From the NCBI GenBank assembly GCA_013239625.1, contig MU053645.1, positions 1,480,274 to 1,544,273 of the forward strand: a stretch of 64,000 bases of DNA. The letters are read 5' to 3'. The notes below the pieces were generated by a model. It was given only the letters and a program-made list of their open reading frames with translations, did not search any database and was not told the origin of the DNA. The translations under genes and the position numbers were made by a program. Below are positions 13,800 through 26,483 of this stretch, piece after piece (position 1 is the first letter of the stretch; each line of letters begins with the position of its first letter). This DNA is from Lama guanicoe. Lineage: Eukaryota.

Positions 13800-14020
13800 C
13801 CCGAGACAAAATGATCAGGGTAATATGACCACTATAATATAGCTTATAAGTAAGAAGACCTAAAGTTGCCACAACTGCTTTTACCTATAACTCAAGGGTT
13901 TTGTCTTATTCTGTACAGAGGAATAAGCACTAAAGCTATGAGGTAGAAATTAGAGAGGCAGAAAGAAGGAATTTCTAAAAGCTAGAGCCTAAATAAGCTG
14001 CCTCGCGAGGCAGTGAGTTA
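13800..14020 (+). mobile_element. L3/CR1 3' fragment
   Basis: gaaggaatttctaaaagctagagc...gctgcctcgcgaggcagtgag resembles the L3 3' region; a terminal piece gaagtcccttccagctcaaagattc follows at ~14662-14690. Confidence 0.55.
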
Positions 14021-14277
14021 TTAGGTATTTATTTCAGTGATGGGAGGGCCAGTATTTATTGAGAGCCTGCTACATGCCAGGTTTTGTACAAGGCGTTTAA
14101 TATAGGTTAGGTACATTGCCTCATTTTGTTTAATCTTCACAACTATATGAGGTAGAGTTAATTATTATCATTCCCATTTTATAGGTGAGGAAATTAATCT
14201 CATGTGTCCAAGATGGAGCCTTTACCATAGCTTCCAAATTTTTCAGTTGAGCAACTCTTATCTGACAGGGAGATTGC

Positions 14278-14626
14278 AGAGCAACAAGTTGCAAAGTGCA
14301 GTCCACGGACCCATGGCAGTCCCTGAAACACTTTCAGATGTTTAGTGAAATCAAAATTATTTTTATAATAATACTAAGCCATTGTTTTTCTCACTCTCAT
14401 TCTCTTATAAATGTACAGTGAAGTTTTCCAGAAGCTATATGAGTCATTGCTTTGACAAGTAATGAAATATAAGCTATATATGCTTTTTAAAAAAATATTT
14501 CTCTGTTTAAATTTTTCATATAAGTATTGATAGATATAAACCACAGAAACAAAAGCACTTTGGGGTCCTCAACAATTTTTAAGAATGTAAAGTAGCCCTA
14601 AGATCAAAAAAGTTTGAGAACTGCTG
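14278..14626. mobile_element. hAT-Charlie DNA transposon (MER-type)
   Basis: caaagtgcagtccacggaccc near the left end and aaagtttgagaactgctg at the right end resemble Charlie-type terminal inverted repeats. Confidence 0.7.
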
Positions 14627-15284
14627 AGGAGGAATGGAGGGTCTACAATGCAAAGGCCCCTGAAGTCCCTTCCAGCTCAAAGATTCAAGGATATCAATGG
14701 AATTGTATGGAAAATGGAGTTAACCCCAAAACCTGTTTTTGTTAAACTCCCAGGTGTGGAGATTCTTTGTTAAATGTCTGTGTCCTCTTTACCACCTTGG
14801 TCACGATAATAGAATTTTTCTTTGAAGACCCAGTATCCTGTAGGGCCTCAGAGTCATTAGACTCTATAGTTAGGAGTGGAAAAAGTACAATAAGAAATGT
14901 GCTCAGTCCCAAAATCCTGTTACTTTGGGTCTTGGAATCTTTTCCTACTTGATGTTTTCTTGTGAATGTGTGTTTAATTTATAAACATTAAACTAAATTA
15001 AAAATTACTGATGTGGGTTTGTTTGCTTGATTTTTCTGTCTTGGTGGTTTATTTTTTTTAATCACAGCTTGCTTCTAATAGTGAAATAATGAGGCAAGGA
15101 GAGAGGGCATAAAAGAGAATTTTCATTAACTACTACCTAATATATGTCAGGTACAATATAATATGCTTTAGCTGTCATTTGCTGAGTACCTAGTATACCA
15201 GTCACTTCATTCAGTTCTTGATATGCATTATCTCTAATTCTCACAAAGATCCTAGAAAACAGGTATTATCAAGTCTATGACAGA

Positions 15285-15765
15285 TCATTTGGAAAACAAA
15301 TGGCTGCACTAATCACCTTCCCCACATCCATGTACTTGGTCAGTCCCTTCCTACAAGTATTCTAGGCTTGGTCACATGACTTACTTTGACCAATGGGACA
15401 ATAGCAAATCTAAGCAAGCCAAGACTTGAAAACTGCTTGCACTTTGGGTCTTGTTCTCTTGATGCTCATAGCAAGTCTCATTCACCAGGTGAATGAGCCC
15501 AGACCAGTTCACCAGGTGATAAGTGACACAAGGCCCAGTTACTTCCACCACCCCTGTTGACAACCAGCCAACCATCAGACATATAAGTGAGGTCAGTTGA
15601 CATAAATGGATGAGTGAACCCAGGAGACACACATGAAGTGGAGACAGTCCCAGCCGAATGCAGTCCAAACTACCAACCCACAGAATCATGAGCCAATAAA
15701 CAGCTGTTGTTTTAAACCACTATCTTTTGAGGTGATATGTTATGCAGCAAATGCTAACTGATAAC
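15285..15765 (+). mobile_element. MaLR solo LTR (MLT1 family) inserted into a MIR
   Basis: ggtcacatgacttactttgaccaatggg, cagaatcatgagccaataaa...gttttaaaccact...gttatgcagcaa...aactgataaca; minus-strand MIR halves lie on both sides. Confidence 0.78.
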
Positions 15766-16174
15766 AATGCCCATTTTACAGAGATGAGAACTGAAGCTCA
15801 GAGAAGTTAAGTAACTTTATTTCTATATCTAGAAGATCATTCTATAGCCAATATGTAGCAGAATGGGAATTTTAAACCTAGGTCTATATATTATTTCCTT
15901 TAATCTTGACAACTGCTCTATGAGAGAGGCATACTATTATTACTATCATTTTAAAGATGAAGAAACACATACAGGGAGGTTAGACTATCTGCCCAAGGTC
16001 ACACAATCAATAGGTAGTAAAATGTTAACTGTACTTACTGTGGTGATTATCTTGCAATATATACAAATAGCAAATCATTACATTGTACAGCTGAAACTAA
16101 CATAATACTATGTCAATAACATTATAAAAATTATGTCAGTTAGAAAAAAGAATAAGGGGAAGATCTACAGGATG

Positions 16175-16200
16175 GATAGATAGATAGATAGATAGGTAGA
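16175..16200. repeat. (TAGA)n microsatellite
   Basis: gatagatagatagatagataggtaga. Confidence 0.85.
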
Positions 16201-16771
16201 AAACCGGGATTTAAACTCAACTCTGCCTGATTTCAGAGATTGTGCTACTTTCACAACTTCAGGCTGTAGATTCTGGTTAGTTAAGGCTTCCAGTTAGCTT
16301 ATTCTTTCCTACAGAAAAACTGATTGCTCTAGCACTGTATTAGCAACCAACAAGATTGCATTTTAAAGTGCACTACACAACTTCAACCACACAAACATAA
16401 AAAGTATAAAAGAGAAAGAGCAATGGAAAAGGAACAAGACTTGGCAATGTGAGTTATTAGAAAACAACAACAACAACAAAACATTAGAAAGTAGGTCTGG
16501 TTTTCTAAATAGGAGATAAGAAAAACTCATTAAAATAACCAATGCACTAAGAGAAATATAATGTAGGCAGGAGCTCATGAAAAGGGTATTTTAAACTGGA
16601 ACCGAAGTAGCTAGCAGGCACCTGCTCCAACCAAGGAGGAAAGTGTTCATTAACACTAAAAAGCACTGCATTGGCAGCCCATCACATTCACAATGTGTCC
16701 TTCTATTGACTTTCTGCCATCTACATGCTGCCTGACATTTGAAGTATTTAGGTTGGAAAAGAGAATGTAGA

Positions 16772-16837
16772 GGGAGGGAGGGAGGGAGGGAGGGAGGGTT
16801 TGGATATGTTACTTAACCTTGGATATGTTACTTAACC
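16772..16837. repeat. (GGGA)n tract followed by a 19-bp tandem duplication
   Basis: gggagggagggagggagggagggaggg, then ttggatatgttacttaacc twice (16800-16837) inside a MIR-like fragment. Confidence 0.85.
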
Positions 16838-17354
16838 TCTATGGATCTTAATTTCCTGACCTCCAAGGTCCCTCTAAAATGTCATAATTCTATGATTTTA
16901 TTAAAGAGAAAGTAGTGACCAGTGGTTATCCATCACTGCTCAAGGACCAAAAAAAGAACAAAGAAGCCCCATAACAGTGTTCTTTCATTCACTCAACAAG
17001 CATTTATCAAACACCTACTATGCATTCTAAGCTTTGTTCCTATCCTTGAAATCATAAACTAATGGAGAAAGGGACACATCAACAAATAATCACAATTCAG
17101 CGTGATAAGCCCTACAATAGATATGCAGAGCACAGAGGAGATGTGATTAATGACAAGAATGCTGATGCACAGGCTCCTAGAATTCGACGCACCTGCATTC
17201 AATCCCAATTTAGCTACTGACTAGCTTATGACCTTAGGCAACTCACTGAACCTGAGCCTCGGCTTCCTTGTGTGTTCTCCCCATAATAGACTCTGAAGCT
17301 ACAGTCTGAGCTGCCTATAGGCTTGATTCTCAAATCTCCACGGAGGCAAAATAC

Positions 17355-19045
17355 AGTCAGTTGGAGACTGAAGCAGAATTGGAGAGGATCTGAGAGGGAA
17401 TAAGATGTGAGTAGGGAGAGACTGTACAGACAAATCTTTCAAGAAAGTTGGCTGTGAAGAGGACTAGGGAAATGGAATAGTAGTTGAGGAGGATGTGGAG
17501 CCAAGGGAAAGGTGATTGTTTAGTTTTGGTTTTGACTAGAGGTTGTATAATATGGTTGATTGTGTAAAAGACCCCAAAGAGAGGGAGATATTGATAATGC
17601 AGGAAAGAGAGGAAGAAGCCAAATTCCCATGGAAGCAAGACTGGACAGAATCGAGAAGAGATTAGCCTCTGATAGGGGCACCTTCTCCTATCAGAAGAAT
17701 GGACACTTTCTCCATTGTAAAAGGGGGAAAGAAATGGTTGCAGGTGTAGTTAGGAGGGTAGATTTAATGGTGGGAAGATGAAAATGTTCCCATTTTTCTG
17801 GATTCTGTTTACTCAGCGCCATGTGGTGTGAAGTCGTCAGTGAGTACGAGAAGGAAAGAGGGGAGGCAGAGGGAGGTCTGAGGAGAAAAAAGGAACAGGT
17901 CAACTCAGAATTGTCACCCAGTAACTTTCACTAGGGAAAGGTAATGGAAGTGATGGAAGTGTCAGGGGTCCATCTGAAGGCCAGGATGAATGAGGACAGT
18001 CAGCCAAGCTGTGAAAGTTCAGTTACAAGTAAAAGGAGGTGAGGGGGCAGGAAAGGATAGCTAAGGGCTAGGATAGGATGGCTCAGTGGCTGTGAAAGAC
18101 AGAGAAGGAAAGGGACTGTGAGATAACAATAGTGTAGGTGGACTCTAAGCCGGGAAAGGAGGCAAGTATAAACCATGGTGGGCTGAGAGAGGAAATGTAA
18201 TGGTAATAAATGGATGAAAGGTTGAACCTGATAAGGTTGAAGAACTGCAGCAGGTGGAGGTCAAGGTTGACAAAATAATGCAGTTTCTGATGGTGAAAAG
18301 AATGCAGGACCTTAGCACATGACCAAACAAGTGGGTAGTTGAGGTGGATAGAAGAAAAGGTCATTGAAGTGAAGGGATCAAGGAAGTGAAAAGCCATGAT
18401 GAGGGATGGGGCATCCACGTGAATACTGAGGTCACCAAGAACGATGGCCAGAGGCAGAGTGGAAAGGCCAACAAAGCCTAGAGGGAACCCCCACCCCCAC
18501 CACCAAAGAGAACATCTACTACCTCCCTCGGGCTGATAGGAGGTAGGGGAAATCAAGACACAGATCCCACCCTGGGACCCTGCCTGCCTCCCTATCCTGT
18601 GCCCAGTATTCCCCACAGCTGGTCCACTCTCCTCTCCTCCCACTCTCAAAGTCCTCCACCTTCAGACAATTTGTCTAGAAGTTTCCCATAACTTAGAATT
18701 TTATAAACCAAAGGCCTCCCAGAGTACATCAAACTCTGACATCCTTGATATGAATACATGGAAGTCCTCAGCAATGATGAGTGGGAGGAGAGAAAGAGTG
18801 GAAGCTGGGAATGAGGCCTCCAATAAATGACAGGAAGTAATCAGGAGGTTGGTAGGTGACAGCAAGGAGAGTAGAGGGGTAGGGCTTTTTCAGGAGGAAG
18901 AAAAAGCAATAATCCTAAAGGGACTAAGGGGAGTGATGAGAGGCTCAGGCTCACTCCCTAGGCCACGTGGTTAGGAGGCAGCCAAGGTTCCAGTTATGGC
19001 AGGAGGCAGAGGACATGCCCTGGTAAGAAGTTAAGATTATAAGGA
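17355..19045 (-). mobile_element. L2 element(s), ORF2 endonuclease region, decayed
   Basis: ORF 18083-18649(-) contains AIVLGDLSIHVD (APE motif I.LGDFNIHVD); purine-rich L2 antisense signature throughout. Confidence 0.8.
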
Positions 19046-19049
19046 CCTT

Positions 19050-19168
19050 GAGGGGGTGGCTGGTGGTACATCTCAGTGATAGAATGCATGCTTAGCATTC
19101 ACAAGTCCTGGGTTCAAACCCAAGTACTTCCATTAAAAAAAATAAATGAATAAGTGAAAAAAAACCCA
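19050..19168 (+). mobile_element. tRNA-derived camelid SINE (Vic-1-like)
   Basis: A-box/B-box head (ctcagtgatagaatgcatgcttagc...cctgggttcaaaccc), A-rich tail, TSD aaga(t/c)tataaggac at 19033-19046 and 19169-19182. Confidence 0.85.
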
Positions 19169-20139
19169 AAGACTATAAGGACTGTGGCCTTCACATAGAG
19201 GCATCTCTACAAGGCGCAGTAAGGGCACGGGAGGAAGTGGAGGCATGTGGCTCGTGTCTGACTGGGTATGAGGGTAAGCGGTGGCCAGAGAGGCTTGGGA
19301 GGTAAGGCACAGTGGGATTCATTCTGACAGTCTCTAGGAGGAGGGAGATCAAGTTATGTTAGGCTGAGGCCCAGAATATGTCATTCAATGATAGTCTTCA
19401 TCTCTGGGATGGCCCCATTTGGGGCCTACACGAGGCAGCACGAGGACTTCTCAATCAAAATTCCTGTGACGAGAGGCCCGCCGCATCCGAGGCAGTAGTT
19501 CCCGTGAGGTGCCGCAGCGGAGTTGCACTGGCAGCTTGTACCAGCAGCTCCCCAGGCCTCAGCCCTGAAGAGTCTGGCAGCGGCTTAGGCCTTCACCTTC
19601 TCTTCTAGTGCGAGCTGATCCAGACTTACTCTGTCCAGAACACACCTGTCAGGAACACTGGTGTGGCTGCTCCTCCCTCAGCTCCCTCGCGTTCACTAGG
19701 CCAGTTTTGTAAGGACAGGGCCAAGTGGGAAAGAAGTACAGTAGAAGAATCAAAAAAGAATTCATTCCACAGAATCTCTAGCCTCACCTCCACAGGGAGG
19801 TTCTCACAGTGAAGAAGGCCCAATGTCAAGTTCCCCCCCTGAGGAGTCAGCCTTTGTCAATGTTATCCTTTCGGGTTGCACCACCTTGGGGCAGCGCTAT
19901 GGTTTGTCTGACAAAAAGGTGAGTCCCAAGTCCCTGCAGTGCAGTAGGCAGACAGAATGCTGCCTCAGCTGAAGGCTGGGCTCAGAGCAGGGGAGAGCAG
20001 GGCTACATCAAGGCTAGCCTCCCATCACCGATGGGTGATGACATTTCTTTTCAGTGGCCAGGAAGTCACCTCTATCTCTACATATGTAGGTTCCTTCCCA
20101 GCCTCTGGGATGGTCCATTCCCAGGCCTTGGGGCCTACA

Positions 20140-20235
20140 GGGCCTAGAAACTTCGGCGGTGTTGGCACTTCTAACAAGTTCCCAGGTGATCCCAGTGCTG
20201 CTGGTCCAGGACCACACTTTGAAGACCACTGGTCT
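20140..20235. mobile_element. MER5-like hAT-Charlie fragment
   Basis: ttctaacaagttcccaggtgat...gctgctggtccaggaccacactttgaagaccactg. Confidence 0.75.
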
Positions 20236-20639
20236 AGATCAGAACTTTGCTTCCAATTCCACCCTTTGCTAATCAACTCACCTCCCCAGTCCAGACCTGA
20301 TTCACTGAAAGGAACCGAGCACTAAACCGTTCTAGGAGAGATATAGCCCCTCAGTCTGCTCCCCTCCCAACCTCTCAGCTCTGCCAGTGGCACCACATTT
20401 CTTCCAATAACTCAGGCTTGAAATCTGTCTTATTCAGATCCTGTCTATATAGCCAGTTGTCAAGCCCTTCAAAACTTCCTTTAAAATGCCTCTCCTGCCT
20501 TTCCTCCCTGTCCCCAATTCCAACATCCTAAGTCTACGCTTTTATCATCTCATGCTACCCTAGCCCCTGATTCTAGTGTCTCTCTCTTCCAACCCACCTA
20601 GTACAGCACCGTAGGGCTAATCTGCTGACCGTCAAGGCT

Positions 20640-21060
20640 TCTTTTCTTTTCTTATTATTTTTGAAGTGTAATTGATTTACAATATTATATTAGTTTCACG
20701 TGCACAGCACAGTGATTCAGTATTTTCGGAGGTTCTATTCCATTATAAGTTATTATAAGATAATGGTATAATTGCCCATGCTACACAGCATATCCTTGTT
20801 GCTTATCTATTTTATACATAGTGGTTTGTACCTCTTAACCCCCTTCTCTTAATTTGCCCCTCCCCCCTTCCTCTCCCCTTCATTAACCATTAGTTTGTTT
20901 CCCTTCTCTGTGAGTCTGTTTCTGTTTTGCATATACATTCGTTTGTATTGTTTTTTAGATTCCACATATTAGTGATATCATACAGTATCTGTCTTTCTCT
21001 GTTTCACTAAGCATAATATCCTCTAGGCCCATCCCTGTTGCTGCAAATGGCAGAATTTCA
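20640..21060 (-). mobile_element. L1 3'UTR fragment (5'-truncated)
   Basis: T-rich tail, then gaagtgtaattgatttacaat...ttagattccacatattagtgatatcatacag...gcaaatggcagaatttca. Confidence 0.85.
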
Positions 21061-21454
21061 ACAAGGTCTCTCTTAGTTCAAAGTTCAGTACACCTTTCAA
21101 CATGTCACCTAATTAACCCAAAAGCCCTCCATGAGTCCTGCTCCACTGGGCCAACACACCTTAGCAATCACCGGTCCTCCAACATTTTCTCTGCCTTTCC
21201 AAAGGCTGATTCCAGCTCTTGGCTGGTGGTTCTGGAAATGTAATTCCAAAGAATACCTGCATCAGAAATATCTAGGGTGTGACATAAATGCATGTTCCTG
21301 AGTGCCACCTCAGACCTACTGAGTTGAAAGCCTCTGAGGGTGGAGCCTAGGAATCTGCATTTTTATCAAGGTTCCCAAGGAAATTCAATGTATGCTAAAG
21401 TTGGGGAACAACTTCTCAATCTCCTGCTATAAACAGAATCCATCATCATCCCGT

Positions 21455-22012
21455 CTGTATGTCTATTACTTTTATTACCCCAAAAGTTAGTGGCTTAAAA
21501 CAACAGACATTTATTATCTCACTGTTTCTGTGGGTCAGAAACCCAAGCATGGCTTAAAGGCTCAAAGGCTTTTAAAAGGCTGCAAGCAAGGTGTTGTTCA
21601 GGACTGCGATCATCTTAAGGCTCCACTAGGGAAAGATCTGTTTCCAAGTTCACTTACCTGGTTGTTGGCAGCATTTAGTATCTCATAGGAATTTGTTCTG
21701 AAGGCCTCAGTTCCAAACTGGCCATTGACTCGTAACTGCTCTCATTTTCTTGCCATGTGAACCTCCCCTAGGTCAGCAACTTGTTACATCAGAACAAGCA
21801 AATAGAGCCAGAGAGAAAGAGAGCCAGCCAGACGGAAATCACAATCTTGTGTAACCTAATCATGGAAGTGACAGCCCATCACTCTTGCGGTGTCCTATTT
21901 GTTAGAAAGAAGTCACCAGGTCTAGCCCACATGACAGAGGAGAGGATTACACAAGCATGTGAATATCAGGAAGTGGGGATCCTTGAGGGCCGTTTCAGAA
22001 GCTACCTGCCAC
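21455..22012 (-). mobile_element. MaLR solo LTR (MLT1 family)
   Basis: ttagtggcttaaaacaacagacatttattatctcactgtttctgtgggtcag...gtaacctaatcatggaagtgac...gctacctgccaca. Confidence 0.8.
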
Positions 22013-22261
22013 ACCCTCTTCAACATCAAATACATACCTTTTCATCCATGTTCTTGCCTATTGACTCAGCCACTACAGAAGAACCAGAAACAATCATATT
22101 CGCCTGGTTCACAAGAAAGAAAAAATATATAAAGATATGATTACCCTAGTCTGACTCTTTACCTTATAAAAGTCTCTGATTTTAGTGAAGGAGAAAGCAG
22201 TTGATCAAGGCCCAAAGTGGACATTAGGGACCTTCTGACAAACACGTATTCATCAGTTGGA

Positions 22262-22442
22262 CCAGTTTTCAACCCTGGCTGCAGATTAGAGTGCCTGGGG
22301 AGCTTTTATTAAAAAATACTGATGCCCAAGGTCCCACTACAGACCATTTAAATCAGAACTTCTGAGTCTGGAACTCTAGAATCAGCATTTTCAAAAGATC
22401 TCTAGGTGATTCTAATGTATAGCCAGGATCGGAAACCCCTGG
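22262..22442. mobile_element. MER5A-like hAT-Charlie
   Basis: cagttttcaaccctggctgcagattagag...ctaggtgattctaatgtatagccaggatcggaaacccctg. Confidence 0.8.
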
Positions 22443-23509
22443 GCCATGCTCACTGGCTTTTTTGAGAAACATTATACGGAAACAGCCTCTGCTTAGGATA
22501 GATTGGAAATCCCTCCCAACCGATTTGGAAATGCCCTATGAAGAAGAAACAATTGGGTGCCAGCTCTGAAAAACAGCAAGGGAAGTCTCTTAGTGGAAAT
22601 TGACAGATGTGGCCTTAGAGAGGGCATCAGGTTTGAGACATGTCTAGGGTGGAACAAGAAATATACAAGGTTAATATGTGTTTAGTCAGTGCCTGCTAGA
22701 GACCTGGTAATGGGCTAGCAACTGCAGGGAGGGGAAAAAAAAGATATATTCCCCAGGACAGAGGTTAGGAACTGGCAGCCCATAGATCAGATGTGGCTCA
22801 CAGCTGTGTTGTACAGACACGCGTGCGTGTGTGAGTGGCCTATTTGTGTGTTTTGCTCACTGCGATGAGAGTTTACATAAATGGACATTTATTTCTATAC
22901 ACAACTTATCCACATTTGGAAAAAAGATAAGAGAATTTAATATGCACCCTAGGTATCTTAATTCAGAATTTCTACATTTTTCTTCCAATAGTCTTATAGC
23001 ATTGCTGAGGAATTAAATGTTAAAATACAAATAAACCATCATTCAAACTGATTAGCTACCAGTGAAATCAGGGAGGGTGTCAATTTCTTATTAACAGCGC
23101 TGAGAATTAACATAGAAAATGGGGAGTCCATAGGCTTACAATGAACTATAGTTATCTAGAATTAGCAGTGTTCATAAGAAGCACTCAATAAATATTTGGT
23201 AAGTCTGTAGATTAAATATTCTTATCTATAATTTAATGTTTCCCATCAACAGGGTGTTTTTTGTAATCTAGAATAGTGCTTTTTAAAAACTGGAATTTGT
23301 TGCCAATATTTAAAATAAGGAAATTTCAGGGAAAGGTCCAGATTTGGGGCTTCTCTTTTTAAAACTGGCAGCTCCAAGGACACTGTGCCTACATTCCCAC
23401 GTATAACAATCAGCAGAAAGTGAATAGTGGCTTCCACTGCCTTCCCATGATCTCCCCAAATGGATATATGTCAGTCTTTGACATCCTCTGCCTCGGCCCA
23501 GCAGGCATC

Positions 23510-24030
23510 TGGAAGGCAGTATAGGACAGTGGTTAGGCACCTAGACTCTGCAGGGAGACTTCTTTGTGTCCAAAGGCCGCTTCTACCATTGTTTAATGCC
23601 ATGACTTGGCAAGTTATTTAACATCTCTGTGCCCCAGTTTCCTTTTTCTGAAAATCAGGGATAATAATAAAACCTACCTTACAGAATTGTTAAGAGGCTT
23701 AGTAAGTCAGCTAATCCATATGAAAAGCTTAGCACATGTTTGGCCAAAAGGTAAGCACTCAGTAATTGTTAGCTATGGTTATTTGAGTTGAGCGCAGTAC
23801 AACACAGTAGCTGAGAGCATGTGCACTGGAATCGGGGACAAAATCCCAGCTCCAGAACATATGAGTCATGTGGCCTTGAGCAAGTCACTATTCTTCCATT
23901 TCCACATCTGGACATTGGGGGTAACAATAGTCTGTACCTCATCAGGTTGTTGTGAGAGGACTAAATGGGACAGTGTTTGTAAGGTGACCAGCACAGAGTA
24001 AACTCTCAATAAATGTGACCTATTACTGTT
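23510..24030 (+). mobile_element. Two tandem MIR SINEs
   Basis: Two MIR cores: ttggcaagttatttaacatctctgtgccccagtttcc and ccttgagcaagtcact...catcaggttgttgtgagagga...ctcaataaatg. Confidence 0.8.
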
Positions 24031-25504
24031 ATTCCAATCCATCACAAAGATGAGATTAGCACACAAGACACGGGAGATGAAGATTAAATCAAGAGTCAAG
24101 TCGGGGGGTGGGTAGACTAAAAAGACTGAGGAGCAGGAGACAATAAGAAAGCCCTAAATTATTTCTGGAGAGCAAAGTAAACATTAGGGATTTGTTTCAG
24201 AGGCTGAATCCCCAGAGGCTAAGAGCCAAGGGAATTTACCCACTTAATCTGCCATGTGCCCAAGCATTTTGGAAACCCACTCGCTAAGCCCAAATCCATT
24301 GCAGGGCTACCTACCGTCTTTGCAACCCATCAGTGTGACCAACAGGATACATTAATTGTGTCCTTAGACATCCAAGATAATTAAAGGACTAAAAATAATG
24401 GCTCCATATATTTGAATGTTCCTGAAACTAACAGATGTGACAAGCAATGGAAGCAGAAATAACAGTGCAGGAGCAGCACTGCTGTTCCTACCTCTTCTTG
24501 CCTGGCCTCTGACAAGGTAATCAAAACACATGCAGAAGAGTTGCATTTTCATCGGGGTGGTGACATTCAGGCATTAATGGAAATCAAACTTTAATGACTG
24601 CAAGACTTAGAAAGAAGAGAAAAGCAGGCATCTGTCTCCTGCTTCTCCAAAACTGGGGCCCTCAGAATCTCGGGCAGGAATCACTGATAATTAGTGATGA
24701 GAGTGTTGGTCTACAATTCACCAAGGAAATCTGAGAAAGAGTGTGATGGTAAAGAGCCGAAGGCAGGTAAAACACATCTTAATTATCGATGCACTCTCAC
24801 CTCAGGAGGCTGCTGCACACCATGTCAAGGATTATCTAAAAGAAAATTTTAATCTCAGGGAGACTTTACCCCACACCTCTGAGCTCCCCCTGCCCACGGA
24901 TGTGTGCTCATGGAATACACACTGTGTTAATATTAGTCTAGGAAAAACACAAGTTTTTCAAAAGCCTACAAAACAAGAACTAATACAGTATCTAAAACCA
25001 TCTGCAGTTCAAAAGAAAATTCTGCCAGCTTTCTTGATATTTTTCCATAGCAGTGGTTCATGCATTGTCTTCCTGAATGTGCTGTGGGAATTAGCCAGGA
25101 CAAAATTTTAATTCCACGCTGTTCTGATCTTGTTTCCAAGAATGTCCCAAGGCCTCTCTTCCCTAATACTCAGCTGGTGCTCAACTCAGCAAGTGAGAAT
25201 GTTAACATTGAAAGAAGTAAACCAGAACTCGGAAAGTAGATCTGCCAAAACATCAAATGATTCATTCTAAGGTCAAGTGCTAATGATCTGTGGATTAGCA
25301 TGACTAATGGAAAACTGGCTGTAACTCACATTATTAAGTGCGGCCCCACTCAGGAAAGGGCAACAGTGGAAATCAGGTAGGAAGGTCAATGTTGAGATAG
25401 CAATGGATGGCAGTGAGGCGAAAAACCTGGTAACTTATGTTAGCACCTGCTCTCCCCTCCCCAGTATCCGGAAAAGAGAAGTCTGTGCTGGATTTCTAAA
25501 TTGA

Positions 25505-25995
25505 TACTTCTCCGAACTTTAATGTGCCTCACCTGGGGATTTTATTAAAATTCTGACTTCCATTGGGTAGGTCTGTGGTGAGGTCTGAGATTCTGCATTT
25601 CTAATAAGCTTGCAAATGATGCTAAACACTGCTGGTCCATGCACCCACACTTTGAGTAGCAAAAGTCTAAAACAGAGATCAGCGACCTACAGCCCACAGG
25701 CCAACTCTGGCCCGCTGCCTGTTTTTGTACAGCGTGGATGAAGAATGGTTTGTAGATTTTTTTAAATGGTTGGGAGAAAAAAAATTAAAAAATAATATTT
25801 TGTGACACATGAAAATTTCATTAAATTCAAATTTCAGCGCTCATAAATGAAGTTTTATTGGAACAGCAGATCCATTCACTTACATATTGTGTATGGCTAC
25901 TTTGTAGCCAAGATGAGTGTTTGCAACAGAGACCGAACAACCCACAAATCTAAAATATCTGGACCTTTACAGAAGAAAGTTCTTCGACCCATGGT
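25505..25995. mobile_element. MER5A-like and adjacent MER58-like hAT-Charlie elements
   Basis: gagattctgcatttctaataagct...cacactttgagtagcaa, then cagcccacaggccaactctggcccgctgcctgtttttgta...ggacctttacagaagaaagt. Confidence 0.78.
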
Positions 25996-26483
25996 CTAAG
26001 AGGTTAATGAAGGGGACTATCCTGTATCATTCCATGAAGAGAAGATCTTTGAATTGGGAAGAGGGAAGCCACTGAGCTTGAGACAGAGCTTGTACTCCCT
26101 CCCACTGAGACTGAAAGAGGCCCAAGAACTAAGCGACAAAGCCAGTGCACCGTGTGCAGGCACAGCACCCCAGACAGGCCAGCAGGATCTATGGGCCCAC
26201 TTGGAACAGCAGTGCCCAAAACCAGCCACCAGGAGCCTGCTGATGGCAACCTCTGCGATCATAGCAAACAACAGGAAAGCTGAAAGCACTAAGAGCTAAG
26301 GACCCGGCCCTCACCTGATTTTATGGCACACAAAAAAGCCCAGGACTCTTCAATGAACTCATGGAGGTATGTAGGAAACCCCCAAAATAACCGAGATTGA
26401 ATTTCCTGCCCACACAACAGGTCGGGAGCTCGGAGAAGATTACATTTAGCCTATACAAAGAAAGGAATGGGACCTATCTCGCC

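Noticed and set aside
8400..19045. Inverted L2 pair forming long dsRNA
   Set aside because: The copies are ancient, visibly very diverged and several kb apart, so stable pairing is unlikely
19050..19168. tRNA genes here and at 33174 and 59336
   Set aside because: A/B-box heads are followed by A-rich tails (and clear TSDs in two cases), with no intact cloverleaf: these are SINEs
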